Assembly: GCA_035541015.1 (NCBI GenBank)
Contig: DATLFM010000097.1
Location: 719 to 64,718, forward strand
Direction: 5' to 3'
Origin: Thermoplasmatota archaeon
GTDB taxonomy: Archaea; Thermoplasmatota; SW-10-69-26; JACQPN01; JAIVGT01
Length of the DNA: 64,000 nt
Below, piece after piece: positions 53,552 through 63,594 of this stretch. Numbering within the stretch: position 1 is the stretch's first letter; each line of letters opens with the position of its first letter. The position numbers and the translations under genes are program-made. A model generated the notes under the pieces. That model saw only the letters and a list, made by a program, of their open reading frames with translations, did no database searches and was not told where the DNA came from.

Positions 53552-54001
53552 CTAGCCCTTCGTCTTCTCGGGCTCTTGCGCGGCGGGGGGCGCGGGCTTC
53601 TCGTCCTTGGCCTTCTCGGGCTCCGCCGGCTCCTCGGCCTTCGCGGGAGCCTCCTCGGGCTCGCCCTTCGGGAGGGCCTCTTCCTTGGCCTTCTCGCGCT
53701 CCTGCGCCATCTCCTCGCGTCGCGAGCCGGCCTTCTCCGTCTCGGGCAGCGAGACCTCGATCACGCCGTCCTCGAACTTGACGGCCTTCACGCGGATGCG
53801 CGGGGGCGGCTTCTGGATGCTGCGGGCCCACAGGGCCTCGTTCACGGGCCCGTCGAGCCACACCTTGTCGAGCTCGGCCTTCATGTGGCGCGAGACGTAG
53901 GCGCGGACTTCCTGCACGGCGCGCTCGGCGCGCTTGGTGCGGGGGACGCGGTGGGCCATGCGAAGCGGGATGGTGTAGAGACGCTCGTCGTCGGTGGGCA
54001 T
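53552..54001 (-). CDS. rpl31e: 50S ribosomal protein L31e with a long Lys/Glu/Pro-rich C-terminal extension
   Basis: The L31e core is MPTDDERLYTIPLR...VSRHMKA.. .VWLDGPVNEALWARSIQKPPPRIRVKA. It is followed by a low-complexity tail of about 60 aa. Confidence 0.9.
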   Translation of the reverse strand: MPTDDERLYTIPLRMAHRVPRTKRAERAVQEVRAYVSRHMKAELDKVWLDGPVNEALWARSIQKPPPRIRVKAVKFEDGVIEVSLPETEKAGSRREEMAQEREKAKEEALPKGEPEEAPAKAEEPAEPEKAKDEKPAPPAAQEPEKTKG

Positions 54002-54005
54002 GGGT

Positions 54006-54161
54006 TCAGCTCTCCTTCAGCCAGCTGCGGCGCCAGTGGTGGCGCTTGGGGTGGTTCGTGAAGCGGCGCGCCGTCCGCATGACGATCCACGCGGGGACGC
54101 GCCGGTTCTGCTTGAGCGTGCTTCCGAGCCGGAGCTTCTTTGCCAGGGTCTTCTTGCCCAT
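54006..54161 (-). CDS. rpl39e: 50S ribosomal protein L39e
   Basis: 51 aa, [51 protein letters not shown]. It is the C-terminal portion of spurious ORF 54006..55700. Confidence 0.85.
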   Translation of the reverse strand: MGKKTLAKKLRLGSTLKQNRRVPAWIVMRTARRFTNHPKRHHWRRSWLKES

Positions 54162-54162
54162 G

Positions 54163-54525
54163 TTACCGCCTCTCGATCTTGATGTCCTTCTTGCTGGGCG
54201 CAAGCTGCGCCAGGATCCGCTTGAACGTCGCGTCGTCGATCTGGCCGCGCACGCGCCCGGTCTGGTAGAGCGCAAGGAGCTGGTCCTCCACGGTCTGGGC
54301 GACCTCGGGGTAGGCCATGGACACCCGCGTGAGCCGTTCGCGGGCCTCGGGCGTGAGGAGCTGCCGCAGCACGGCCTTGCGCGCCGCGTCCTGCTGCGCG
54401 CGCGCGGCGTCCTGCTCCTGACGCGCCGCCGCATGCTGCTGGAGCTCGGCAAGCTTCCGCCGCCGGAGCGCCTCAAGCTCGTCGTCCCCCGCGGCCATGC
54501 CCGGTCCTCCGTCAGTACTTCGCAA
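54163..54525 (-). CDS. DNA-binding protein (PDCD5/TFAR19-like, conserved archaeal ribosomal-cluster member)
   Basis: 120-aa helical protein. Its position between rpl39e and rps19e is conserved in archaea. The start is possibly the internal Met at about 54498. Confidence 0.7.
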   Translation of the reverse strand: MRSTDGGPGMAAGDDELEALRRRKLAELQQHAAARQEQDAARAQQDAARKAVLRQLLTPEARERLTRVSMAYPEVAQTVEDQLLALYQTGRVRGQIDDATFKRILAQLAPSKKDIKIERR

Positions 54526-54964
54526 GCCCGGGGATCGTCTCCACGAGCTTGCCTGCGACCTCGTGGGCCGCGGCGTCGCAAAGCTTGCGACCCTTGGCGG
54601 TCACGCGCCGTCCCTGGCCCTTCACGGGCTCGACGAGGCCCGCGGCCTCGAGCTGCTGGAGCGCCTCGCGGGCCACGCTTCCGGAACCCGACTTCGCGCG
54701 GTTGGGCGCGGCGCCGCGGTCGCGGGGGCCGCCGTAGGCGGCGCGAAGGCGCTCGGCGCCGATGGGGCCCTCGGCGTACACCTTGCGAAGGACCGCGGCC
54801 AGGCGCACGTTCCACCAGTTGGCGTCGCGGGGAGCCTTCTCGCGGTGGACGCCCGTCTTTGCAAACTGGGCCCACTCGGGGCGTTTGATGGCCGGCTCCT
54901 GCGAGAGGCGGCCGGCGAGGTTCTGGATGAGGGGCGTGGCGGGCACGTCGTAGACGAGCGTCAT
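54512..54964 (-). CDS. rps19e: 30S ribosomal protein S19e
   Basis: [20 protein letters not shown]...[20 protein letters not shown]. The ORF extends to the GTG at 54973. The ATG at about 54964 gives the canonical N-terminus. Confidence 0.9.
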   Translation of the reverse strand: MTLVYDVPATPLIQNLAGRLSQEPAIKRPEWAQFAKTGVHREKAPRDANWWNVRLAAVLRKVYAEGPIGAERLRAAYGGPRDRGAAPNRAKSGSGSVAREALQQLEAAGLVEPVKGQGRRVTAKGRKLCDAAAHEVAGKLVETIPGLAKY

Positions 54965-54986
54965 CAGGGTCACTCCGAAACGAGTG

Positions 54987-54996
54987 TTTTATAAGC
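54987..54996 (-). promoter_or_regulatory. TATA box (TTATAAAAC on minus strand) for the rps19e-rpl39e-rpl31e-eif6 operon
   Basis: It is centered about 27 nt upstream of the rps19e ATG, giving a leaderless mRNA. A second TATA (CTTATAAGC, about 55035..55043) serves the divergent plus-strand cupin gene. Confidence 0.55.
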
Positions 54997-55119
54997 CCCG
55001 GGGCAGGGCGCAAGGCGGCAGAATGGGCTTCCCCCTTATAAGCGTTCGTGTGCCGGCGAGCCTTACGCCGGCAGGCGGCCATCGAATCCCTTTTGCGAAG
55101 GAGCACGGTACGCCGTTTG

Positions 55120-55443
55120 ATGCCCTTCCCCCCGAACGTCACCCGCCTGCCCGAGGGCGTCCTCCTGGACGGGCTTCGGGCGTGGGTCCAGCAGGCGCCC
55201 CGCTCGCAAGTCGTCTTCATCGAGGCCCTCCGCGACGTCACGGTTCCCCCCCACACGCACTCGGAGGAGTGGGGCTGCGTCCTCGAAGGCGAGATCGAGA
55301 TGACAATCGACGGCAAGACGCAAACCAAGCGCGCAGGGCAAGAGCACCACATTCCCGCAAACGTGGTGCACTCGTTCGCGTGGCGTCGCGGCACGCGCGC
55401 GGTGCTGTTCTTCGACGAGCCTTCGCGCGTGAAGCTCAAGTGA
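55120..55443 (+). CDS. Cupin-domain protein
   Basis: The sequence ...[45 protein letters not shown] matches the cupin motifs G(x)5HxH(x)3-4E and P.G..H. The ORF starts at 55048, but a TATA at about 55035 argues for the Met at 55120. Confidence 0.5.
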   Translation: MPFPPNVTRLPEGVLLDGLRAWVQQAPRSQVVFIEALRDVTVPPHTHSEEWGCVLEGEIEMTIDGKTQTKRAGQEHHIPANVVHSFAWRRGTRAVLFFDEPSRVKLK

Positions 55444-55447
55444 TCCC

Positions 55448-55612
55448 ATGCGAACCTTGCGCCACGAGCAGAACTACGATTGCCTGTTCTGCGGAAAGCC
55501 GCTTGCCGACTGGTTCCTCGCCTGGTACGAGCACATGCGCGAGAGCCCCGGATGCGAGAAGACGTGGGTCGAGTGGATGGGCAACGTGCGGCGCGAAGCG
55601 GGCGGGACGTAG
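55448..55612 (+). CDS. Small CxxC protein (54 aa, putative zinc finger)
   Basis: Not in the ORF track. The translation is [54 protein letters not shown]. Confidence 0.25.
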   Translation: MRTLRHEQNYDCLFCGKPLADWFLAWYEHMRESPGCEKTWVEWMGNVRREAGGT

Positions 55613-56056
55613 TCACCGCTTTGCGACCTGTCGCCTCGCCTTGCGCTCGGGCTTGTGTTTCGCGGCACCCGCGCGCCGGGCAGCCCGCGACGCGCGCCAC
55701 GCCTTGTTCTGCGCCACGCGGGCCTTCACGACCTTGCGCACGAGCGACGCGGGGAACGGCTTGTCGGGCGGGCAGTGCAGCGTCGCGCGGCCCGCAAGAT
55801 AGCGTTTGGCCTCAGGCACGGCGGCCACGAGGTCCGCGTTGGCCGGAAACAGGCTGCAGTGCTTGGGGAACGCGGCGATCCACACCACGAAGTTGCCGCC
55901 GGGCTCGCGGAAGCCGGGGATTCCGTAGCTGATGCGCTCTTCTGCGCCCGGCAGCGCCGCAAGGATCGCGCGCCGCATCGCCTGCAGCGTTCGGCGGTGC
56001 GGCTGCGGGGTGCTTGCGAGGTAGTCGGCGACGGTCGCGGGCTTGGCTTGCGTCAT
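55613..56056 (-). CDS. DUF1801 (YdhG-like) domain protein
   Basis: 147 aa. The segment [41 protein letters not shown]...[14 protein letters not shown] is the DUF1801 pattern. A 4-bp overlap with the upstream gene indicates an operon. Confidence 0.6.
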   Translation of the reverse strand: MTQAKPATVADYLASTPQPHRRTLQAMRRAILAALPGAEERISYGIPGFREPGGNFVVWIAAFPKHCSLFPANADLVAAVPEAKRYLAGRATLHCPPDKPFPASLVRKVVKARVAQNKAWRASRAARRAGAAKHKPERKARRQVAKR

Positions 56057-56481
56057 GCGGGCTTGAGCCTCGCAAACCGCAGCTCGCGCCCGACCTTGCA
56101 CTCCACCTTCTCGCCCACGCTCTCGATCGTGCACATCGTCCCCTCCGGGACGGCGGCGGGGCGGCAGAAGCGCTTGTAGAGGCAAATTGCGCCGCATTCC
56201 TCGAACCGCTGCGTGATGCCCACGCCCTTGAGCGCGGACTCGGGGATCACGCCCCGTGGCGTGACGGGCTCCACCTCGACGAGCCGCATGCCGCCCTCGA
56301 AGAAGCCCGCGGGGCACTCGTGGTGGACGTCGCGGACCTTGGCCACGCGGTACGGCCGGTTGGCCGCGAGATCGTGGCAGACCGTCTTCAGGCGGCAGCC
56401 CGCGCACTCGGGCTGGGTTCCGACGTAGGTGAACTCGACGCCCGGCTTTGCGAAAGCCTCGCCCACGAGCGTGAGCGTCAC
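56053..56481 (-). CDS. UPF0179-family archaeal protein (function unknown, Cys-rich)
   Basis: 142 aa from the GTG at 56481, TLTLVGEAFAKPGVEFTYVGTQPECAGCRLKTVCHDLAANRPYRVAKVRDVHHECP... It matches the conserved archaeal UPF0179 layout. It overlaps the egsA stop by 4 bp. Confidence 0.65.
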   Translation of the reverse strand: MTLTLVGEAFAKPGVEFTYVGTQPECAGCRLKTVCHDLAANRPYRVAKVRDVHHECPAGFFEGGMRLVEVEPVTPRGVIPESALKGVGITQRFEECGAICLYKRFCRPAAVPEGTMCTIESVGEKVECKVGRELRFARLKPA

Positions 56482-57542
56482 GGCGACACGCCCGTGACGT
56501 GCAGGAGACGCGAGGCCGCCTCGCGCGTGAGACCGTTGTCGCCGAGGATCGTGTAGCGGTCGCGGCGGATCTCGTGCGCGCGCACGAGGGCCTCCACCAT
56601 CGTCTCCTTCGGGATGCCAAGCGCCTTGCTCGTCGTCGGCGCGCCGATGGAGGAGAGCGAGTCGCGGATGCGCTCCCAATCGCCGCCGTGCAGGTACATC
56701 GTGACGATGCTCGCCACGCCGCACTGCTCGCCGTGCAAGGCCTGCCCCGGCGCGAGGCGGTCGAGCGTGTGGCTGATCATGTGCTCGGCGCCCGAGGCCG
56801 GGCGCGAGGAGCCCGCGACGCTCATCGAGACGCCCGAGACGATGAGGCCCTTCACGACGACCCAGGCCGCCTCCTCGAGGCCAGGCTTGATGACCTCCGC
56901 GTTCTCGAGGATGATCTCCGCGGCCGTCTCCGCGAGCGCGGCGGCGAAGCTCGAATACTCCTCGCCGCGCAGGCGGTGGGCGAGCTTCCAGTCGAGGACC
57001 GCCGTCTCGTTGCTGATGGCGTCGGCGCAGCCGGAGGCGAGCATGCGGTAGGGGGCCTGCGCGATCACGCCCGTGTCGGCGAGGATGGCGGCGGGCATCG
57101 AGGCTTCGATCGAGGACGGCGTTCCCGCGTCCTTGATGGAAGCGCGAGGGCTCGTGATGCCGTCGTGGCTTGCCGAGGTGGGAACGGAGACGAAGGGCAG
57201 ACGCGCGCGGTGCGCGCCGAGCTTGGCCACGTCGATGACGCTTCCGCCGCCCACGCCAACCACAAACGTGGCCGCTTCCTTGCGGGCGCGCTTCTCCACG
57301 GCTTCGACCTCGCTCAGGGAAGCCGACGCGGCCGCTTCGTGGACGACCTTGACGCCCGAGGCGGAGAGCGACTGCTCGACGGCGTCGCCGGCGATCTTTC
57401 GCGTGCGCGGGCCGGCGACGAGAAGCGCCGTTCCGTGCAGCTCCACGTTGGAACACAGCGTGCCCGCTTCCGACAGGACGCCGTGGCCCACGAGCACGTG
57501 GCGCGGAAAGACCATGAGCTTGGACTTCCGGAACTCGCCCAT
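56478..57542 (-). CDS. egsA: Glycerol-1-phosphate dehydrogenase [NAD(P)+] (archaeal lipid backbone enzyme)
   Basis: 354 aa. It contains GVGGGSVIDVAK, the metal-binding DGITSPRASIK and the GAEHMISHTLD motifs of G1PDH. A TATA TTTTATATTC lies about 30 nt upstream. Confidence 0.9.
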   Translation of the reverse strand: MGEFRKSKLMVFPRHVLVGHGVLSEAGTLCSNVELHGTALLVAGPRTRKIAGDAVEQSLSASGVKVVHEAAASASLSEVEAVEKRARKEAATFVVGVGGGSVIDVAKLGAHRARLPFVSVPTSASHDGITSPRASIKDAGTPSSIEASMPAAILADTGVIAQAPYRMLASGCADAISNETAVLDWKLAHRLRGEEYSSFAAALAETAAEIILENAEVIKPGLEEAAWVVVKGLIVSGVSMSVAGSSRPASGAEHMISHTLDRLAPGQALHGEQCGVASIVTMYLHGGDWERIRDSLSSIGAPTTSKALGIPKETMVEALVRAHEIRRDRYTILGDNGLTREAASRLLHVTGVSP

Positions 57543-57600
57543 TGCCGACGCCGGACTATACCGCGCCCGAATATAAAACGGGCGGGTGCGCCGGCGGAAC

Positions 57601-57999
57601 CTAACGCATCGGCCGCCCCAGCGCCCGCTCCATCTCCTCGTACGGGTCCTCGGGGAAGGCAAGCGGAGCGACCTCGGAGAGCCGACGCACGAACCGCCAT
57701 TCTCCGATGGATTCCTCCGCGTGCGGCCGCCAGTCGGGCACGGGGGGACCCAGAAGTCCCTCGAACACCCAGGCGGTCCCATTGGCCTTTTCCTGCCGCA
57801 CGAGGAGCCGCGCATCGACAAGCTCGCGCCCGATCTCCTCGCGGAACTCGCGAAGCGCGCAGGCGAGCGCGTCCTCGCCCGGCTCCAACCGTCCGCCCGG
57901 CAGCTCCCAACCGCGCGACCGGTGCAGCGCGACGAGGAAGCGCTCCCGCCGCGAGTTTTCGAAGCAAACCACGACCGTGTACGCGACGCCCGTGCCCAC
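57601..57999 (-). CDS. NUDIX hydrolase
   Basis: The Nudix box is [23 protein letters not shown]. Confidence 0.8.
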   Translation of the reverse strand: MGTGVAYTVVVCFENSRRERFLVALHRSRGWELPGGRLEPGEDALACALREFREEIGRELVDARLLVRQEKANGTAWVFEGLLGPPVPDWRPHAEESIGEWRFVRRLSEVAPLAFPEDPYEEMERALGRPMR

Positions 58000-58066
58000 G
58001 CGATTCGGGCAAGGGGCCGGATCGGTAAAAGAGAATGCTTTTGACGCCGGAGGGGATGGCCCCGGC

Positions 58067-59500
58067 GTGGCCGACCCGGAATCGGCGGAGGCGACCGCGG
58101 CGTCCGACGACGCGCCAGCGCCCGCGCCGCAGCCGCCCGAGACGCCCGGCGCCGCGCGCGAGCGGCTGGCGGAGTTCTATGCCCGAAACAAGAGCGCGCT
58201 CTGGACCGCGGCCATCCTCGGCCCCATGCTCGTCGTCCTCGTCGGAAACTTCGTCGCGCCGCAGATCTTCTGGGACCAGTTCCTCTGGAAGGAATTGTGG
58301 GGAAGCGCCGTCGCCGACGCGTCGGGGCAGGGTCGCGCCTGCTGGGACACCGTGCAGCGCCAGGTCGCCTTCGCCGTCCCGGCCGGGCGGTCGCCCGCCG
58401 AGTTTGTCTGCGTCCGCGAGGACTATTCGCTCGCAAGCGAGCTCATCTACGGCGCGATCACGGCGCTGGCGCTCTTGGGCATCTACGTCCATCTCGTCAA
58501 GCGCTTCTCCGTGGAAGTCGACGCGCGGTTCATCGGCGCGCTCCTGCCGTTCATCCTCTTTGGCCCCGCCGTGCGCACGCTCGAGGACACGGACGCCTTC
58601 GGCCGCCCGTACTCCTACTTCACGATCAGCCCGTTCCTGTATCTCCAGATCGCCGTCTACGTCGTCCTCTTCATCCTCCTTGGCGTGACCCTCGCGCGCC
58701 GGCGGGACCTTCCCTGGCTCACCCGCACGGCCGCCTTCGCCGCCGTGCTGTTCGCCTTCGTCGCGGTGGCCACGCTCGCCTACGCGGCCGACCCGCAGAA
58801 CATCACGCGCGCCGCGCATCCTGCGTACTTCGCCCTTGGCGCCCTCGTCGGCACGGCCGGCTTCGGCTACGCGGCGCGGGAAGGGCGCGACGGCGTGAAC
58901 GCCTCGCTCCTCTTCGCGGGCCTTGCCTTCCTCGTCCCCGCGCTTGCCATGATCGGCGTGTGGCTCTCGGGGAACCCTTGGCCCTCCGTCTTCACGGGCG
59001 CGCCGTCCATCAAGTGGGCCTGCCCCACGCTTGGCACCGATCCCGGCGCGTGCCTGTTCACCCACGCCGTGCCGTGGGTCCTCGGGATCGCCGCCGCCGT
59101 CACCGGCGCGGTGCTCCTCGTGAGCCGCGTCGCGTCGGCGAAGATCCCCGCGCTTGCCGCCTACGGCGTGCCCGTCAACCTCGCGCTCGTGCTGGGCCAC
59201 CAAATCGACGGGTGGGCGACGCTCGTTGCCATCCACGACCCCTTCGGGCTCGGATTCGACGCGCTCGGCTACGGCGAGAAGCACGTCGTGAGCGACTTCT
59301 TCCTGCAGATGGGCGGCGGGTTCGGGTTCCCCATCATCAAGCTTCTCGTCGTGCTCGCGATCGTGTACTTCCTCGACGTGGCCTACAAGGACGACCTCAA
59401 GCAGGATCGCAACCTCGTGGGCCTCGTCAAGATGGCCATCCTCGTCGTGGGCCTTGCGCCGGGGCTTCGCAACCTGTTCCGCATGACGATGGCGACGTGA
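58067..59500 (+). CDS. Hypothetical polytopic membrane protein (at least 9 TM)
   Basis: It lies in frame within ORF 57707..59500. The likely start is the GTG at about 58067. An Asp/Ala-rich N-terminal tail precedes the first TM. Confidence 0.5.
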   Translation: MADPESAEATAASDDAPAPAPQPPETPGAARERLAEFYARNKSALWTAAILGPMLVVLVGNFVAPQIFWDQFLWKELWGSAVADASGQGRACWDTVQRQVAFAVPAGRSPAEFVCVREDYSLASELIYGAITALALLGIYVHLVKRFSVEVDARFIGALLPFILFGPAVRTLEDTDAFGRPYSYFTISPFLYLQIAVYVVLFILLGVTLARRRDLPWLTRTAAFAAVLFAFVAVATLAYAADPQNITRAAHPAYFALGALVGTAGFGYAAREGRDGVNASLLFAGLAFLVPALAMIGVWLSGNPWPSVFTGAPSIKWACPTLGTDPGACLFTHAVPWVLGIAAAVTGAVLLVSRVASAKIPALAAYGVPVNLALVLGHQIDGWATLVAIHDPFGLGFDALGYGEKHVVSDFFLQMGGGFGFPIIKLLVVLAIVYFLDVAYKDDLKQDRNLVGLVKMAILVVGLAPGLRNLFRMTMAT

Positions 59501-59503
59501 GGC

Positions 59504-59950
59504 TCACTCGCCACTTGGCCAGACGTGCCAGGTTCCCTGCGCCGTCGCCAGGAGCTTCCCCTCGGCGTCGAAGGCGCGCCCTTCGGCAAACGCGGCGCGC
59601 TTGGCGCGACGCGTGACGACGCCCTCGGCCCGAACGGGCCCCGGCGTCACGCCCGCAAGGTAGCTCACGGAGAGCTGGAGCGTCGCGCACCATTCGTCCT
59701 CGCCAAGCGTGCTCACGACGGCGGCGCCCATGACCGTGTCGAGGAGGCTTGCGGCCAAGCCCCCGTGGGCGACGCCGCCGAGGTTCGTGTGCTCCTCCTT
59801 CACCGCAAGCGACGCCTCGCACCGCCCCGGTTCGCGGGACGTCACCTCGATGCCGAGCATCTTCGAGAAGTGGGAGGCTTGCGGCTGCCGCAGGCGTTCG
59901 AGGAAATCCTTGCGCGTGGCGGGCTTGCCGGCGGGCTCTTCGCTTGCCAT
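59504..59950 (-). CDS. PaaI/YbgC-type hotdog-fold thioesterase
   Basis: The segment HFSKMLGIEVTS...EEHTNLGGVAHGGLAASLLDTVMGAAV is the PaaI-like pattern. Confidence 0.75.
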   Translation of the reverse strand: MASEEPAGKPATRKDFLERLRQPQASHFSKMLGIEVTSREPGRCEASLAVKEEHTNLGGVAHGGLAASLLDTVMGAAVVSTLGEDEWCATLQLSVSYLAGVTPGPVRAEGVVTRRAKRAAFAEGRAFDAEGKLLATAQGTWHVWPSGE

Positions 59951-59960
59951 GGGCGCCGCC

Positions 59961-61244
59961 TCAGGCGACCTCGAGCGTCTGCTCGCGGCCCGGGCCCACG
60001 CTTACGGTGCGGATCGGCGCGCCGATCTCCCGCTGGACGAACTCGAGGTACTCGCGCGCGCCGCGCGGGAGCGCCGTGAGACCGCGCGCGCCCGGGGCAA
60101 GCGAGATCGCCCCAAACCCGTCGAACTCCTTCCAGACGGGCTCCGCCTCCGAAAGGTCCCGGCCGGCCGGCGGGAACCGGACTTCCATGCCGTCGACGCG
60201 GTAGGCCATGCAAACGCGGAGCGGACCGAGGTCGGCGAGCACGTCGAGCTTCATGACCGCAAGCGACGTGAACCCGTTCACGCGCGCGGCGTGGCGGAGG
60301 AGCGGAAGGTCGAGCCACCCGCAGCGCCGCTTGCGGCCGGTGGTCGTGCCAACCTCGCGGCCCACCTGCGCGATGCGGTCGCCCGTGGCGTCCGAAAGCT
60401 CCGTCGGGAACGGGCCGAGGCCCACGCGCGTCGTGTACGCCTTCATGACGCCGAGGACCTCCGAGATGGCCGTCGGCGGGATTCCGGTTCCCGTGCACGC
60501 GCCGCCCACCGTCGTGCTGCTGCTCGTGACAAACGGGTACGTGCCGTGGTCGAGGTCGAGGAGCGTCCCCTGCGCGCCTTCGAGGAGCACGCGTTGGCCC
60601 TGCGCGAGCGCCTCGTGCAGAAGGGCCGTCGTGTCGGCCACAAACGGCCGAAGCCGCGCGCCGTAGGCGCCGTACTCGCGCTCGATCGCCGCCGCGTCGA
60701 GGCGCTCCTTCGAGCCCATCGCGTCGAGCACGCGCTGCTTCTCGGGGACGATCCCCGCCAGGCGCGCCGAAAGAAGGCGCGGGTCGCAAAGCTCGGCCAT
60801 GCGGATGCCCGAGCGCGCGACCTTGTCCGTGTACACGGGGCCGATTCCGCGCTTGGTGGAGCCGACGGCGCTTTGGCCCTGCTCGGCGAGCGCGTCGAGG
60901 ATCTTGTGCCACGGAAAGATGACGTGGGCGGAGGCCGAGATCGCAAGGTTGCCGACGGGGCGCCCGCGCGCGGCAAGCTCGTCGATCTCCTTCAGGAGCC
61001 CGGGGGGATCGACGACGACGCCGTTTCCGACGACGGCCTTCTTCGAGGGGTGCAGGACGCCCGCGGGCAGGAGGTGCAGCTTGAACTCCTGCCCGGCCAC
61101 GACGATCGTGTGGCCCGCGTTGTTGCCGCCTTGGTAGCGGGCGACGACGTCGGCGCGCTGCGCCTCGTAGTCCGTGATCTTGCCCTTCCCCTCGTCGCCC
61201 CATTGCGCCCCGACGATCGCCACGGCGGGCATGCGGCCAGCCAA
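59961..61244 (-). CDS. purA: Adenylosuccinate synthetase
   Basis: The N-terminal AIVGAQWGDEGKGKITD and GGNNAGHT motifs are present across the full length. The start is possibly the Met at 61232. Confidence 0.92.
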   Translation of the reverse strand: MAGRMPAVAIVGAQWGDEGKGKITDYEAQRADVVARYQGGNNAGHTIVVAGQEFKLHLLPAGVLHPSKKAVVGNGVVVDPPGLLKEIDELAARGRPVGNLAISASAHVIFPWHKILDALAEQGQSAVGSTKRGIGPVYTDKVARSGIRMAELCDPRLLSARLAGIVPEKQRVLDAMGSKERLDAAAIEREYGAYGARLRPFVADTTALLHEALAQGQRVLLEGAQGTLLDLDHGTYPFVTSSSTTVGGACTGTGIPPTAISEVLGVMKAYTTRVGLGPFPTELSDATGDRIAQVGREVGTTTGRKRRCGWLDLPLLRHAARVNGFTSLAVMKLDVLADLGPLRVCMAYRVDGMEVRFPPAGRDLSEAEPVWKEFDGFGAISLAPGARGLTALPRGAREYLEFVQREIGAPIRTVSVGPGREQTLEVA

Positions 61245-61317
61245 CGGCGACGGCCTTTAAAAGCGCATGCGGCCGCCGCCGGTTTTAGGGTCATAAAACG
61301 ATCCCCGCTTCGAAAGG

Positions 61318-62616
61318 GTGAAGAACGGCGCCCGCGGTGCCGCGCCCATGTCGGACGTGCCCGCGCGCGTGGTCGGCTTCTTTGCGATCGCCGCCGTGAT
61401 TCTGGGCGCGTCCTGGGCCGTCGCCCAGTGGGACCCCGTCCCCTCGGCGGCCGCGCAGGCGGTCGAGGTGCGCGAGATCTCCTCGCTGGGCCTCGTCGCG
61501 CCGGGCACGCAGGCCACCTTCGCGCTTCTTGTCACAAACGGCGGCGGGGCGGAGCAGACCCTCGCGCTCTCGCTGCGCGCGCCGCCTGGCTTCGAGGGCC
61601 GTTTTGTCCCCTCCGCGCTCACGCTTGCGCCCGGGGAATCCCGCGGCGCCTTCCTCACGGTGTCCGTTCCCGACGGCGCAAACGGGGCGGCCACGCTTGT
61701 GGCCGAGGCGCGCGGCGAGACGCAGCGCGGCTCCGTCGTCCTGCCGCTTGCCGTCGGCCGCGGGAGCGCCGGGCCGCTTCCGGGCGAGAGCGCGACCGCC
61801 TTCCTCACGGGCCGGACGCTCGACGGCCGCGTCTTCTGGACGTCCTCGGCCCGCGTGCAGGACGCCGTCGTGTCGCTTGGCACCGACGTGCCCGCGTTCC
61901 TCCGGCACGAGGCCTACGAGCAGTTCCCGCGCGGCGACCTTCTGCTGCGCATGGACCCCGACGCGCGGCCGGCGGGCCTTCGGCTGGGCATCCTCGACAT
62001 GCGCGCGGGCGAGTCGCGCACCTTCATCGTGCCGCCCGAGCTTGCCTTCGACGCCGGGCCGGTGCCGATCACCCTCTCGCGCTTCGAGGAGTTCGCGCGC
62101 GTTCGGACGGTCGACCCGAATCTCGCGCTTCCGGCGGGCGCGTTTGCGGAGCTTCCGCGCGTGGGAGACGCGATCGTGCGGGAGAGCCACCTTGGGGCGG
62201 GCCAAGCGACCTACCGCGTCGCGTCGGTCACGGCCGCAAGCGTGCACCTCGTCCTCGATCTCTCGCCGGGCGACCGGCTCGCGCTTGGCGACCGGTTCTC
62301 GGGCCTTGGCGCCGCGTGGGAGGTGCGCTCCGTGGACGGCCGCGCGACCATCTCCTTCGAGGCGCCGCCGGGGACCTTCCTCACGTTGTACCCGCCGCTT
62401 GCCGGCCAGACGGTCGTGGATGCCCTCACGGAGACCACGGTGCGGCTCGACACGGCGCCTCCGGTCGGGTTCGAGTTTCCGACGCCCGGCTATGGCTGCG
62501 CGCAGACGGGCCGCGTGACGGCCGTCACCGAGACCGAGGTCGTCGTGCTCGCTCCGCGGCACGAGCTTTGCGGCGTGACGGTGGCCTTCGACGTGGACGT
62601 GCGGTCGTTCCGCTAG
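61318..62616 (+). CDS. Signal-anchored protein with an FKBP-type peptidyl-prolyl isomerase-like domain
   Basis: The N-terminus has a TM or signal segment. The sequence FLTGRTLDGRVFWTSS...GLRLGILDMRAGESRTFIVPPELAFDAG matches the FKBP pattern (G.L.DG..FDSS...G...M.GE.R...IP..LAYG). Confidence 0.5.
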   Translation: MKNGARGAAPMSDVPARVVGFFAIAAVILGASWAVAQWDPVPSAAAQAVEVREISSLGLVAPGTQATFALLVTNGGGAEQTLALSLRAPPGFEGRFVPSALTLAPGESRGAFLTVSVPDGANGAATLVAEARGETQRGSVVLPLAVGRGSAGPLPGESATAFLTGRTLDGRVFWTSSARVQDAVVSLGTDVPAFLRHEAYEQFPRGDLLLRMDPDARPAGLRLGILDMRAGESRTFIVPPELAFDAGPVPITLSRFEEFARVRTVDPNLALPAGAFAELPRVGDAIVRESHLGAGQATYRVASVTAASVHLVLDLSPGDRLALGDRFSGLGAAWEVRSVDGRATISFEAPPGTFLTLYPPLAGQTVVDALTETTVRLDTAPPVGFEFPTPGYGCAQTGRVTAVTETEVVVLAPRHELCGVTVAFDVDVRSFR

Positions 62617-63121
62617 GCGGGCGCCCGCGGGCCACGTGCACGAGGTGCGAAAGCTCGGGTAGAAGGATCGCGCGCATCGCCAGCCGGCAGCCCTGCGGCG
62701 AGCCCGGCAGGGCCGCCACGATCTTGCCCTCCCGCGTCACGCCGGCAAGCGCGCGGCTTGCGATCGCCGCCGTGCCCACCTGCGCGGCGCTTGCGCGGCG
62801 GAAGGCCTCGCCAAAGCCCGGAAGCTCGCAGCGGAGAAGCGGCGCGAGCGCCTCGGGCGTCACGTCGCGGGGCGAGGCGCCGGTGCCGCCGTTCACCAGA
62901 AGCGCGTCGGCGTCGCGGAGGAGGTCCCGCGCCGCGGCGCGGATCGCGCGCACGTCGTCCTTCACCACGCGGTAGCCCGCGATCGCGTGGCCAGCGCGGG
63001 CCAGGAGCTCGACGAGGAGGTGGCCCGAGTCGTCGGTGGCCGCGCTTCGCGAGTCGCTTGCCGTAAGCACGGCGACGCGCAGGCGCGCGGGCGCGGCGCG
63101 CTTGTGCTCGCGGACGCTCAC
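62525..63121 (-). CDS. moaB: Molybdenum cofactor biosynthesis protein B (MoaB/MogA family)
   Basis: GTG start at 63121. It contains RVAVLTASDSRS...DDSG, GGTG and LPGSPQG motifs. The long ORF 62525..63817 has a spurious N-terminus. Confidence 0.8.
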   Translation of the reverse strand: MSVREHKRAAPARLRVAVLTASDSRSAATDDSGHLLVELLARAGHAIAGYRVVKDDVRAIRAAARDLLRDADALLVNGGTGASPRDVTPEALAPLLRCELPGFGEAFRRASAAQVGTAAIASRALAGVTREGKIVAALPGSPQGCRLAMRAILLPELSHLVHVARGRPPSGTTARPRRRPPSRRKARAAERARRPRSR

Positions 63122-63594
63122 GCGCGACGCCTCCGGGGCGATTGGCCCTTGCGCTTCTCGAGCACGCGCAGGCTCTCGATGCGCGTGCGGGGGTACTGCC
63201 CGCGCGCGTCCTTCTCGAGCGGCTTTACCATGTCCCACACGCAAAGGAGCGCGGCGGCGGCGCCCGTCAGGGCCTCCATCTCGACGCCCGTCCGGTACTC
63301 GGCGGCGACCTCGCACCGCGCGACCACGCGGTCCTTCTCCAGCCGAAGCGTGACGTGCGCCGACGTGAGGGGGATCGGGTGGCACAGGGGCAGCGTCTCG
63401 GGCGTGCGCTTCACCGCCTGGAGGCCGGCCACGGTCGCCGTCGCGACGACGTCGCCCTTTTCGATCGTGCCCCGGCGGATGGCCTGCACGGTGCGGGCGG
63501 AGAGCCGGAGCACGCCCTCGGCGACGGCCCGCCGCGCAACGAGATCCTTGTCGCCCACGTCGACCATGCGCGCCGTCATGGGGCTCCCACCCAT
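63118..63594 (-). CDS. moaC: Cyclic pyranopterin monophosphate synthase MoaC
   Basis: MVDVGDKD...KGDVVATATVAGLQAVKRTPETLPLCHPIPL...TGVEMEALTGAAAALLCVWDM. Its stop overlaps the moaB GTG (GTGA). The start is the Met at 63594 or 63579. Confidence 0.85.
   Translation of the reverse strand: MGGSPMTARMVDVGDKDLVARRAVAEGVLRLSARTVQAIRRGTIEKGDVVATATVAGLQAVKRTPETLPLCHPIPLTSAHVTLRLEKDRVVARCEVAAEYRTGVEMEALTGAAAALLCVWDMVKPLEKDARGQYPRTRIESLRVLEKRKGQSPRRRRA

Noticed and set aside
55048-55119. N-terminal 24 codons of the cupin ORF
   Set aside because: A TATA element lies 5-13 bp upstream of this GTG, too close to serve it. The Met at 55120 is the more plausible start.
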